Positions 1-13,578 of a DNA stretch of 64,000 nucleotides are shown here, piece by piece. The notes under the pieces are model-generated. The model had not been told where the DNA came from and searched no databases. It was given only the letters and a program-made list of their open reading frames with translations. This stretch comes from Neocallimastix sp. 'constans' (Eukaryota). The position numbers and the translations under genes were made by a program. Location: assembly GCA_050613775.1 (NCBI GenBank), contig JBODTK010000124.1, forward strand, positions 124,001 to 188,000. Reading direction: 5' to 3'. Within the stretch, counting starts at the first letter, position 1. Each line of letters starts with the position of its first letter.

Positions 1-318
1 AATATTAAAAGAAAATAATTGAATTTTTCTATAAAAAAAAAGTAAAAAATATTTATTAAATAAAACAATAAATAAATTAATTGATTTTATATTAATTTAA
101 TATGATAATAATGAAATTATCAACATTATAATTACAGAGTTTCAAATAATTATATTTCCATATAAATAACCATATTATTTATAATTATTTTCTAGTTTTT
201 TATTTATTTATTTATTTATTTAGAAGTTATTAGTTAATGAAAAAATTAATATTTATACACATAATCTATAATAATTAATAATAAAACATAAATTAATGCA
301 TGTATAATAATCACCTAC

Positions 319-350
<32 letters not shown>

Positions 351-398
351 GATTTAACAGACTAATAAACAAATAGAAAATAAAAAAAAAAAAAAAAA

Positions 399-439
<41 letters not shown>

Positions 440-1800
440 AAAATAAAAAAAAAATTAAATTAATTAAATAGAATATTTTATTAAATAATAAAGATAAAAT
501 TGGGTAACACAATATAAATTAAAAAACAATTGAAAGATTGAAACACAATTTTATGTATAAAATAATACTATTTAAGGTTTATATCTAATATGAAAAAATT
601 TTTTATTTTTTTTTTATTTTCTATAATTCCTAAATTTTCTTTAAAACATTTCAATTATTTATTTTTTATTTATTTTATATTTATTTTTATTTGTGAAATT
701 TAAGTATAATTTTGATAGTAACTTATGATTTAGAATATATACTAATAACAATTTTAGCCTTTCATATATTGTATATTTAATTTGGAGTTAATTAATAAAA
801 AAGAAATATATTTAATATTAATGATTAGAAAAATCTTAAACTAAATTCGAAATTCTTTAGTAAAAAAAAAAAAAGAAAACAATATCAACATACTAATAAT
901 AATGAATAATTAGACACAAAAACTTCGAAAGGAATGAATATAATGTATTATCCTTGATTTATTTATAACTTATTTTAATCAATAAAATATTAAAACTATA
1001 TTTAAATATTATTTTAATTTAATTAAATGAATAAAGTTTAAATATTATTAAAAATAATAATTAAATAAATAATTAAATAAATAATTAAATTTATAGTAAA
1101 TAATAAATTAAACCGTTTTAAATAAATAAGAGTAATACTTTATATAATAAATAAATTTAAATAAATAAATTAATATATTACTCTAATAAATAATACAAAA
1201 ATTAATATAAATATTAAATTTTAAATATAAATATCAATAAGTATATATATATATATTATAATTTAATAAAAATGTGTACCTTTTTACTATTTAAGGAAGT
1301 GTTGAATAATATCTTTTATAATCTTAAAAATTTTCTGCTTATAGTTAATATTTTTTTAAAAAAAATATATATAAATTTGTTGTATTTTCTTCATATTTAT
1401 TTTTATTTCTTTTTTTTTGTTTTTTTTTTTTAAAAAAAAATTAAAATAAAATACAGTATATATACATGTATTACATGAATAGTTATATAAAGGAGTTTTA
1501 AAATGGAATAAATAAATATATATATATACTAAACCTATTATATTTTATTCCTTTTTTAATTATTTAATAAAATCATATTAATAATTATTAATAATATATA
1601 TTATTAATAATAAAAGTATTCGTAACTATCTAAATCAATAAAAAAAATTATTACATATAGTAGTAATATTATATATAATTATAATTATATATAATATAAA
1701 AATAGTATAAATATATTATATATAAATTATTATTTTTTCTTTCTGTTTATTTATCCTATATATAAAAAGAATCACTTATTTAAGATAATAACATAATAAA

Positions 1801-3570
1801 ATGTTAACGCCAGAAGATATTGCAAATAAAATTGAAACAGAAGGTCATTACTTTATAGAAACAAATAGAAGTAATGCTGGTTATATAAGGTGGTTGACTA
1901 GTAAAGGAACAAATATGACATGTTATCTAAATTATTTGAATAGCCTTGATAAAGAAGGAGAGTTAAATAATAAAATTGATACCATTAGAGTTATCATTTA
2001 TTCTATTCATTGTCCCTTCCAATTTCTTTTCTTCTACTGGACTTTATTAATATTTATTTTACACAGATTTAATTTTAAAAAGCCAGTAATGAAAATTATT
2101 TTAGCTCATTTTATATTACGGTAAATATATTTTTAATAGTTTTAAAAATTTTTAAAAATAATTGAAAAAAAAGAAAATAAAAAAAAAATAGAATAAAGGA
2201 AAAAAAAGAAAAATAGATTTATAAAATATAAATAATATATAAATAAATCTAAAGGAAAAAAATACAAATAGAATTAAAGAGTTAATTTTAAAAACTAATC
2301 CTAAATATATGTTATATAATAAAATTAATATATATTTAAATAATATAATTCTAATATAATATATATATATATTTATTTTTATTATTATTATTTTTTTTAT
2401 CATTATTTTTTTTTAATTAATAGTTCATTGGGTGATATAGCAGATAAATTAGGAAATCTCTTTCCTAGATATTATGCTAATACTTTTAATGAGAGTACTA
2501 AATCTTATGAATGTAGAATTGATTCAACAACACCTGAAATGCACCCATTCAGATGGGTATTAACAAGACAAATTGGAATTTTACTATGGTTTACTGGTGA
2601 AATATGTGCCGATTGGTATCCATTACTTCGTACGAAGGCTGTAGTGAAAAATAAATCTATAAGACTTGTGTACTGCGCCTGTGCAATTTTTAATATATCA
2701 AAATTTTCAATTATTATATGTCATTTTTGTGTTCCACCAACGGCTCTCTATGATAAAGATGGTGTATATAGAAAGAAACATATGAACGAATTTTATTTTT
2801 ATTATTGGGTTATTCATTTAATTATCATTTATTCTTCTGTATTATATGATATTTCGGTATATTATGTTTTAAAAAAGAATGTATTCAAAATAACAAACTC
2901 TAACTATGGATTTTTAAAGAAATTCAAAACAATTTCAGAATATAGAATTCTTATTTCTTCTCTAGTCAATATGTTCTTTTTACCTATTGTTTCTATTACG
3001 ATTATTGCCAAATTTTATTATTTAATTATTGATAATTATCAAGATTTGAATTTTTCATTTGATGAGATTAGAGTCTCCGTTGCTAATATACCCTATTATA
3101 TGATATTTATTGATCAAATATTCTTATTACATTCAAAACATGCACAATCAAGTGCAGAAAATTATAATAAAAGTGGTGGTAATCTTACGAGTATGAATAA
3201 ATCAAATCTTGGTGTAAAGCTTAGTAACAAATACTTATATACTTCCATAAATGACAGTAATACCTTATTAAATCACAATAGAAGTCCTTCAGGTTTTAGT
3301 TACTATTCTCAAAATTCCGGAAGTGGTAATTTTAAAGGTATTCTAAGTAATAACTCCAATTTCAATCCTTTATCGGAAAAAAATAAAGGTAATTTATTTT
3401 TTAATGCCAATCCTACAACAAAGATGTCATTTGGTACTAATTCTATGAATGACATAAATATGGGAGAATCAAATAATAAATCTTCAAAATCAAAGAAAAA
3501 TTTAAATTATTATGATAGTTATACTGGTTATAATAATAGTCAAACTAATAGTTGGAATATTCTTAAATAA
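1801..3570 (+). CDS. Orphan ~7-transmembrane (GPCR-like) protein, paralog A; two exons 1801-2120 and 2424-3570, ~488 aa
   Basis: ORFs 1801-2124 and 2428-3570 join through a GT-AG intron (2121 GTAAAT...TAATAG 2423, phase 2), reading ...AHFILR-SLGDIADKLG. About seven hydrophobic segments by eye, then an Asn/Ser-rich tail. Colinear with the paralog at 13179, including intron position. The GPCR label is inferred from topology only. Confidence 0.85.
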
Positions 3571-3839
3571 TATAAAAACAAAACAAAAAACAAAAAAATA
3601 AAAAAAATAAAAAATATATATACATATATATATTTTAATAATATTTATATATCTATTTAATAATGATTAATTATAATTATAAATACCAATAAAAGTAAAA
3701 AGGAAATATATAGAATATATAGTTAAAATATAATTTTTTTTTTATTATATAAACATATAAATAATATAAATAATAAAATATTCAAAAAATTTTTTAGATT
3801 AGATAAATTTTAAATAAAATTTTTTTTTATTTTAAAAAT

Positions 3840-3872
<33 letters not shown>

Positions 3873-4089
3873 AAATAAAATAAAATATAAAAAATATAAA
3901 ACAAAAAATAAAATATATAAATAAATAAAATAAATAAATAAATCAAAAGATTATTAATTTAATACAATAATGATATAATTATTATTTATTACTTATTATT
4001 TATTATTTATTATTTATTAATTTATTATTTATTATTTATTATTTATTATTTATTATTTATTATTTATTATTTATTATTTATTATTTATT

Positions 4090-4430
4090 ATTTATTATTA
4101 ATTATTTATTATTAGTTTTATTAATATTATTAATTATTATTCATTGTTATTTAATGTTATTACTTTTATTATTTATTATTAATTATTTATTATTAGTTTT
4201 ATTATTATTATTAATTATTATTCATTGTTATTTAATGTTATTACTTTTATTATTTATTATTAATTATTTATTATAGTTTTATTATTATTATTAATTATTA
4301 TTCATTGTTATTTAATGTTATTACTTTTATTATTATTAATTATTTATTATAGTTTTATTATTATTATTATTAATTATTATTCATTATTTAATGTTATTAC
4401 TTTTATTATTTATTATTATTCATTATTATT
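4090..4430. repeat. ~80-bp AT-rich minisatellite, about 4 copies
   Basis: Unit core TCATTGTTATTTAATGTTATTACTTTT starts at 4141, 4222 and 4302, with a degenerate copy at 4381. Confidence 0.8.
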
Positions 4431-4590
4431 ATATTATTCTACATAATATTATTGCTTTTATTATTTAATAATATTATTTTTATTATTATTTTCATTTGAA
4501 AAGAATAATAATATATAATGAAATAATTTCTATAAAAATAAAAAAAAAAAAAAAGATAAAAGAAAAATTAAAAATCAATATTGCCAAATA

Positions 4591-5171
4591 TTTAAGCAAG
4601 ACGTTTATCTTGCTTAAACAACATAAGAGTTACCAAAAAGAAATTGCTATACCTGCTTAGGTGTATCATTTTCAAATGATTTAGAACTGAAACCTAATAT
4701 ACAGAGAATGAATAATAAAGTTTGAAAAAGGATTTTATTTCATTAAAGGATTTCTTAAGAATCTTTATATTCCTATCTCTTCTAAACGAATGTTATTTGC
4801 TTCTATAGTAATTAGGCAAGTTTCGTATTACACACCTCTACTTGGATCAAATAAAGAAAGAACGAGAAGTACACAGACAATAGTTAATACAGTTAATACA
4901 GGATTTATACTGTATTGAAGGATTTTCTAATAGGAATAGCTTTACATCCCTTTATTGTGTTTCTAAATAACTTAACACTCCTCCTTTATCGACGAAATAT
5001 GAAATTGCTCAGGTAAAATGTTTTTTTTTTTTTTTTTTTTTTTAAAAAATAGAACTACTTGAATTGGATTATCTTTTTGTTTTGTTTAGACAGATATCAC
5101 GTTATAGACGTCATACATGGAATAAAAAAAGAAAGTAAAGTTTTAGCAGACAAATTAGATAAATTTTCCAT

Positions 5172-5204
<33 letters not shown>

Positions 5205-5360
5205 AATTGTAAACTTTTATTGGAATAGAGATATGAAAGGAAAATCAGTCAAGACTAAAGACTTACAAGAAAATGTGAATTAGAAAAAAACTAGAGACTA
5301 CTTAAAAGGTCATCTTTAAGTATCCTGAATGTAGCATTGGTTTCCCATGGGTATTTAAAC
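4591..5360 (+). mobile_element. Decayed non-LTR retrotransposon (LINE) fragment, post-RT region
   Basis: Frameshifted translation follows the LINE at 18400-19080: CYTCLGV, VSYYTPLLGSNKERT, LNTPPLS, AQVKCF, FYWNRDMK, YPE. Confidence 0.75.
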
Positions 5361-5659
5361 ATGACTAAAGGGAAACTTAAAGATCTTATTCTTATTCTAA
5401 GAATTTCTCCTCAATACTTTGTTTATGGGTATGGTTGGTTATCACCAGTTTACTTGGTCTAATGGTGGAAATAATTTTTGTATTGACTTTATAGCTGTTA
5501 ACGATAAATTTAGAGATTATCTGAATATTACTTCTCTATACAACTTCATTCTAATGATATCTCTGGCCATTTACTACTTATTCTTTCTTGTAAAAAAAAA
5601 AAAAAAAAAAAAAAAAACATCACCTAACGGTTTTACTACACCACCTCTTATTAAGAAAA

Positions 5660-7070
5660 TTAAATGATATAGTCGAATTTGTAGGTATAAATATGAAACA
5701 ATTTTCTCTTATAATAATATTCTCATATTTACTGAATGGTTTTGAACATATTGATAATCTTGACTCTATATTTATATAATAAAAAAACTTCTTGCTACAG
5801 CTAACGAAATAAGTAATGAAATCCAGGCAAGAATTCCTAAAAATCAACAGGGTTTGACATTTCGATGCCCTGCTAAAATGAAGAAATTATCTAATGAAAA
5901 GTATTTATTTTATGAAAGCGATTAAAAATTTTAAACTTAGAAATGATTTTTCTAATCTTCAAACATTCTATGATCCATCCAAAGAATATTGAGTTCCTTT
6001 GATTATATTATTAGTATTAAGAGGAATATTAAAATTATTAGATTTAAAAATTTAATTCATTCCATCTATGAATGTTTCTTGAAAAATGACACTCAATATG
6101 GTGGATCTGGGCTTAAGAAAATCACTAAACCTTCCCAATCACCTGTGTGCATTAAAGATAAAGTAGGTAATGCACTCTTATCTCAAGAAGATCAACTAAA
6201 CCGTTTTTGAAGAACACAATGAAGAACTTGCTTCTGATTTAACCAGGCCATAGTCATAATGAAAATTATTGGGAAGGAATACTAAACAATTCTTCTCCTC
6301 CTCAGGAATTATTAGACTAAAACAATTTGATTTTAAGAAAAAGAGAAGAATGTTTTAGTCTAGTCTATTTTTCTCCATTGGTAAAATTTGCGAGAAAAGA
6401 AAATCTAATGATCAGTTTAACATTCTTGCTTTTCTTTACTTCATATAATAAAAGCTTATGATTCAGTTCCAGTTTATAATGTACTTACAAAAATTTAATA
6501 ATATTGGTATTCGGGATAAGTGTTTTCAATTCATTACTAATCTATACCTTACTTTGAGAGCTCGTTCAAATTTTTAAAGAATTTCCAATACAATGTGGTT
6601 TTCGCCAAGGGTGTCCCGTATTACCTATTTTAGTTAATAATATTTATCCATATATTATCAATGATTTATTTGATAAATGCAAGAGATATAGTATGATTAC
6701 TGAAAGAAAAAAGTGTTGTGGTAGCCTATTTGCTAATGATATTATCTTATTGGTCCCTATAGAATCCTTTCTTAAAAACCTTTTAAATAAAACTCATAAT
6801 TGAGGTATCAAAAATAAAATGATCTTTGAAGTCAGTAAATGCGTTATATTTGTTGTTAAACCAAAGAACATTATACCTTCAGGACGTTATTAAAATTCTT
6901 CATTTAGGTTTGACATGAACTATCTATTGAGAACTAATTAATATCCATATCTTGAAATACCTTTCAATGAATTATTATATTTAGAGCCTATTATTATAAA
7001 GATGAACAGTAAATTAATTCTTTCTTATTATTTTTAACCAATAGGAACGAACCTTTCAATGGAAAGAGTC
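5660..7070 (+). mobile_element. Decayed LINE fragment, linker and RT region
   Basis: Remnants include IKDKVGN, KAYDSV, GIRDKCFQFITNLYLT, RQGCP.LPIL, KCCGSLFANDIILL and YL.IPF. They are homologous to 17270-18500, with many stops and frameshifts. Confidence 0.8.
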
Positions 7071-8360
7071 TTCTTGTATTATTTTTCATTTAATTAAAAA
7101 TATATTAACACTTCCACATTATTCATGGACTAAAAAAAAAAAAAAAAAAAAAAAAAAATGTAGATTAACAATACGTAAATACGTAATATGCTTCCTTGGA
7201 AAAATACTGAAGTTTTACTGAGAAAATATTCATTATTCCAATACTCCTTTGATTAGAACAATTAAAAACAAGAAATATAAATTTAGTTTTTTGAAAAAAA
7301 ATTTATTCAATATTTATCTCTAAAATATTCACAAAGAAGAAAATGATAATTTTTATTCACATGGAGTTATCATTGATGAATGGGAAGAGTTTGAGGTCAT
7401 TTCGTCCTCGAAATTCATAATTTAGTTTTTTAATATAAATGTAAAAAGTTTCATGTATTTTATTTTCATGTATTTTATTTTAATGTATTATATTTTAATA
7501 AATATAAAATTTATTCCTTTAAAATAAAAAAAAAATGATTTAGTTATTATTAATTATTATTAATTATTATTATATATTATTATTTATTATTATTTATTAT
7601 TATTTATAATTATTTGTTATTATTTATTATTATTTATTATTATTTATTATTATTTACTTATTAATCTAATTATTTAAGAATTTTATTTTGTAATAAAAAT
7701 AATTTATATTTTTTTATTAATACTACATATTTAATATAAAATTATAAAATTAAGTTTTTTATTTTATTTTTTTTTTTCTTCCTTAGTTAAATTTAATTAA
7801 CAAATAAAAAAATTTTTTTTATAATTTGTCTTCAATATACATCTCTTAAAGATTTAATAAAAATGGAATTTGTATTCTTTTTTTTTTTTTTTTTTTTTTT
7901 TTGTCTATTTAATCTTCTATATATATATATATATATATTTATTTATTTATTAATTTATTTATATATATATATATCAAGCTAAATTTAAAATGACGGTTTT
8001 GTTGGGTTTTTACTTTTTTAAAAGTAAATGTAGTAATAATATTATATATATATTATTAAAATATAATTCATTTGGCATAATTATATAGAATGTAATCATA
8101 TGAATTATGTATAAACATAATAGAATTAAATCAATACTTTTGAATATACATTTTGTATAAAGTTAACTATTTATTTTTACTATTATTATTAGTATTATTT
8201 TATTTTATTTTATTTTATTTTATTTTTTTCCCAATAATATATGAAATTATTTTGCCAATTTTTATATTACAAATTTTCAATACGCCATTTATTTTTAATG
8301 GCTTGTAAAATTTTGGTTAACGCCATAAAAAATTTTAATAAAACTATATGTAAAAAAATA

Positions 8361-8997
8361 AATGTATAAATAAATAAATAAATAAAGAATATAATAATAA
8401 AAGTATATAAAATAAAAATAAAATAAAATAAAATAAATAGTAGAATATGAATATAAAGTATAGATTGAATTAAATAAAATAAAATAAAATAAAATAAAAT
8501 AAAATAAAATAAATGAATGAAATATGAATATAAAGTACAGATTGAATAAAATAAAATAAAATAAAATAAAATTAATATTGAATGTAATAACATAAAAGTA
8601 CAAGAATATAAAATAAAATAAGATAAAACAAAATAAATATCTATTATTATTTTTTATTAAAGAATATTAAAGATCAATTTTTTCGAAATGAAAATTTTTT
8701 ACATTTTTATTATATTCATTTAATGATGTAATGTAATATATAAAACATTTTATTTTATTTTATTTTATTTTGTTTTGTTTTATTTTATTTTATTTTATTT
8801 TGTTTTGTTTTGTTTTATTTTATTTTATTTTATTTTATTCAATCTGTACTTTATATTCATATTTAATCTATTTATTTTATTTTATTTTATTTTATTTTAT
8901 TCAATCAGTACTTTATATTCATATTTCATCTATTTATTGTATTTTATTTTATATACTTGTACTTATATTATTGCATTCTTTATTTATTTATTTATTT
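8361..8997. repeat. Long imperfect inverted repeat (arms ~8361-8575 and ~8800-8997) built from a duplicated 26-bp module
   Basis: ATATGAATATAAAGTACAGATTGAAT (8522-8547) is the exact reverse complement of 8837-8862. A second module pair lies at 8445-8470 and 8899-8924, and the flanking sequence also mirrors. Confidence 0.85.
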
Positions 8998-9107
8998 TAC
9001 AAATAATTGAAAAACTAATTTTTCAAAATTAATATTAAAAATAAAATTGGATAATTAATATAATAGTTTTAATTATATAATTAAAAAATATTTATAAAAA
9101 TATAGAA

Positions 9108-10541
9108 ATGGAAGAAAATCTAATAATTGATGTAAGTAAGTTTAACAAAGGAAAAGAGCAAATTATTATATATTAATAAAAATAAATTTAATTTCTCATA
9201 TATAAGAAAAGATAATTCCAAAGTTTATAAATGTACCGAATATAAAAAAATAAATAAATGTAAATCTTTTATTATTTTAAATGATAAGAAAGAAATCTTA
9301 AAATATGATAGTTCACATAATCATTCTGAAAAAGAATACGATGTATCTCTATCCATAATGAAACATAAAATTAAAGATGGAATTGGAAAAAATTTAATTC
9401 CTTTTGGTATAAAAATAAAACCCCTATATAATAAAATTTCTAAAGAAATGGGACTTATATGTCCAGAATATAATTCAATTAAATCCCAAATATCAAGAAA
9501 TTTAAATAAAAAACTACTATCCAATGTAATAACATTTGATGAAATTCCTAGTGAATCTGAATATTATAAAACAAAGCGAGGCGAAAATTTTATGATATTC
9601 AAAAATTCTAATTTAATAATTTTTCAATCGCTTTTCCAAGCAAAATTATTTAGGGAATATAATGATGCTATATTTGTTGATGATACATTTTTTATTACCC
9701 CTAAATTTAGTTATCAAATATTTATTACAAGAGCTTATGCTAAAGAATTAGATAGTTTTTACACTACTTCTTTTGCAATATTAAAAAATAAAGAACAAGA
9801 AACATATACAATATTATTTGAAAAATTAAAAAAAAATGCTAATACAAGTAACAATAATATTATAATTGAACCAAAAAATTTGTATTTTGATTTTGAAAGG
9901 GGCATATCTAAAGCAACAAAAACAATATTTCCAAATATAAATATTAAATATTGCATTTAGTGTTATTTAGAGTTATAAAAAGTCACTAGAAATTAAAAAA
10001 AAATAAATTATGCTATAATGAAGTAAAAAATGATAATAATATATTTTTTTTTATAAAGTTATTTTAAATTTACCATTTATAAATCTTGAATACATTTTGA
10101 TATTTATATTATAATTAAAATTAAATCCATTAAAAATAATTATTGTCAATTTTTAAAATTTTTAGAGTATTTTTATAAGATATATTTAGTTGGTTATGAT
10201 ATGAAAATTTGGAATTATTATAATAATATGGAACATATAACAAACAATGCCTCAGAATCACTTAATAATTAATTAAATAACTTATTTCCAACAAAACCAT
10301 CTTTTTATGAATAAATAGATAAATTAAATGAACTTGAACATTTATCATATTATGACTATCAAAGAAAAATAAGAGGAATTTGGAAAATAAAAAAAGAGCA
10401 ATAAATAAAGCTAATGAAATCAATGTCTTAATTGAACGCTACAAAAATATTGAAGCCAAGTTAATTGATGCTAAATGTGATAGAAATAATATTATTAATT
10501 TGTGGTTTGATTGTTTAACTGATTTAAATAATACAATATAA
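9108..10541 (+). pseudogene. Mutator-like (MULE) DNA transposase pseudogene
   Basis: N-terminal C..C..HNH zinc-finger-like segment (YKCTEYKKINKC...SSHNH). MULE core IFVDDTF (canonical DGTF), YQIFI, FAILKNKEQETY, DFERGISKA...FPNINIKYC, and downstream ITNNASES. There is a stop at 9958-9960 and there are frameshifts. Confidence 0.85.
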
Positions 10542-12810
10542 ATATTACTTTATAATAAATAATTAAGAAATGAGGAATGACCAAACGAAATAATCAGAAT
10601 TCTGTCATTCAAAAATTTAATTTATAAAGCATATTAAATTTATACAGTTTTATTTAAATGTTATTAAAAAAATTAATAATTATAATGATAAAATTATTAA
10701 TTATTCATTGTATTTATATATTTATTTAAAGAATTATTATTAATAACATTTATATTTTTAATAACATTTATATTTTTATATAATTTTTTTATTAATAGCA
10801 TTTAAATAAAAGAATTAAAAGCATAAAATCTAACCATTATATGTTTTATTTAATTATTCATTTAATAATTAATTAAAAAATTGAAATAACAAAATAATAC
10901 AATAAAATAATATTATGTAGCATAATATATCTAAAGCCACATATTTATATATATCACATGAAAATTGGCGTAATGCAACCTCCGCACAAATTATTTCTAT
11001 TATATTTCTATTTATTTATTTATGTATTTATTTTTAATTAATTAGAACTTTTATATAATTATTATTTCACCCTAATATATATTTTTTTAAAATTTTATTA
11101 TCTATTTTTATATGAAAATTAGAATTCCATTTAAGCAATATATAAAAAAATAAGATTTATAATATTAATATTGGAAATTGATAATAGAAATAATAAGTAA
11201 ATACATAAAAAATAAAAAAAATTAAGGTACAACCCTTTCGTAAAAAAAAAAAAAAAATTAATGAAAATATGATATTTTCATATAAAATAAAGTTTTGGGT
11301 GAATAAATCTAAATAGTTTTAATAATTTATTTTATATATATTATATTTTTAACAAAAAATAAAAATGAATGTACTTTAGTATTATATATTAATACTCAAG
11401 TGTAATCTAATATATTTACATAAATTAAAAGATAAACAAAAAAAAAATTAAAAATATTAAAAATTCACTTTTAATTTATTTAAAATATATTTAATTTAAT
11501 ATATATAATATTAAACTCTAATACATAATCAAAATATTTTTTTATTTATTTTATTTAATAAATATTAAATAATTACATCATTTAAAATAAAAAAATTTTT
11601 TTTTTAAGAAAAGGAATTGGTTTAAAATTTTTTTAATTATATCAACTTTTCCTAATTAGTCATTATTTTTAATTTCTTTAAATAATTTTAATTATTAATA
11701 TTTTATAAATCTAGTTATGACTAAATTATTTAATAACTTTATTTTTCATTTAAGTCCATATTCAATATAAAGTAAAAAGTTTATTTTTGTAGACATATTA
11801 AAATTTTCAGTTAGGAACAATAACACAATTGAAATTAAAAAAAAAAAAAAATGTATATAGGTTAGTTCAAAATTTTTTATTTTTTTTTATTTATAATAAA
11901 TTGAATATCATTTAAAGTATTATTTTAAATATTCGTTTTTTCAATTAAAATTTATTTATAATTAAATTGATTTTATTTATAAAAAAATAATAAAATAGCT
12001 ATAAAAAAATAAAAAATAAGTATGTTTTTATTTACTATTACCATTATTTATAATTATTTTTATAATTATTTATTATATTTAACTTTAATATAAATAGTAT
12101 ATATCATATATATAATTCTCAAATCATATTTAAAATATTTATTTTTTTTAAATAAAAGATCCTTTAATATGCCACTATTATTTATTTATTAATTTATTAG
12201 TATTGTTATTTATATTATTGATCGTATATTTATTATTTATCATTTATTATTTATTATTTATTTATTTATTATTTATTATTTATTATTTATTATTTATTAT
12301 TTATTATTTATTTATTATTTATTATTTATTATTTATTATTTATTATATATTATATATTATATATTATATATTATATATCATATATTATATATTATATATT
12401 ATTTTTTTTTATCATATTAAATATAAAATTTAATATTATTATTTTTATAATGTTCCAAAAAAAAATTTAAGTTGTATTCCTTTTAATTAATTATTACATA
12501 AAACTAATTTAATTTACTGAAATAAAAAAGTTTATTAATTAACTAAAAATATATATATATATATATTTTTTTTTTTAATTCATATAAAAATAATGAACAT
12601 TCATCACTAAAAATTTCTTTTTTTCAATTTTTTTTAAAATAAAATAAAATAAAAAAAAAAAAAAAAAACCAATAGAATAAAAGAGATAGAAACATAAAAT
12701 GTATATCGATGAAAGTATTAATTAAAATAATAATTAAATAGATAAAACATTAATAAAAAAATGTTAAATTAAAAAAGAACAAAACAACAACAGCAAAAAA
12801 TTATTAATAA

Positions 12811-12869
<59 letters not shown>

Positions 12870-13178
12870 GTGAAAAAAAAAAAAAAAAATTAAATACTAA
12901 AAGTAATACTTATTATTCAAGTATTTACATATTTAACTTTTTTTTGACCGTTTGTTCTTCGGTTTATTATAAAAAAAAAAAAAGAAAAAAAAATTGAAAT
13001 ATTTATTCATATTAAAATACCCACAAATTCATTTATATATAATAAAAATACTTTAATAATTATATAAATATATATATATATAAAGTATATATATATATAA
13101 TGAAATAAAAATAAAATAAAAATAAATAAATATTGAAATAAATAACAAATTGAATTACAGTAATATATATGAATAAAA

Positions 13179-13542
13179 ATGTTAACTTCGGAAGATTTAG
13201 ATAAAATTAATAGATATAGAAAATATTTTATTGAAAATAATAGGACTCAGGCTTCATATTGGGATTGGATTACAAGTATGGGAACAAATATTACATGCTA
13301 TGAACAATATTTAAATATTACTAATCATGAAGATGATTTAAATGATACCATAGAAAGAATCAGAGTAATAATCTATTCAATACATGAGCCTATAAAATTT
13401 CTTTTTTTCTATTGGACATTATTGATTTTTATACTTCATAAGTTTAATTTTAAAAAACCTGTAATGAAAATTATTTTAGCTCACTTTATCATACGGTAAT
13501 ACTAATATTACTAATTATTAATAATTAAAAAATAGACAAATA

Positions 13543-13578
<36 letters not shown>

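Noticed and set aside
2152..2403. Many I/F/Y/L-rich short ORFs (also at 8267, 8770, 12203, 14813, 19317, 22804, 43189, 49006 and 58698)
   Set aside because: They are translations of AT microsatellites, introns or the palindrome, with no coding-like composition.
7980..11000. Terminal inverted repeats and TSD flanking the MULE transposase
   Set aside because: Only a 9-nt match (GCCAATTTT at ~8254 and AAAATTGGC at ~10961) was found, not enough to define ends.
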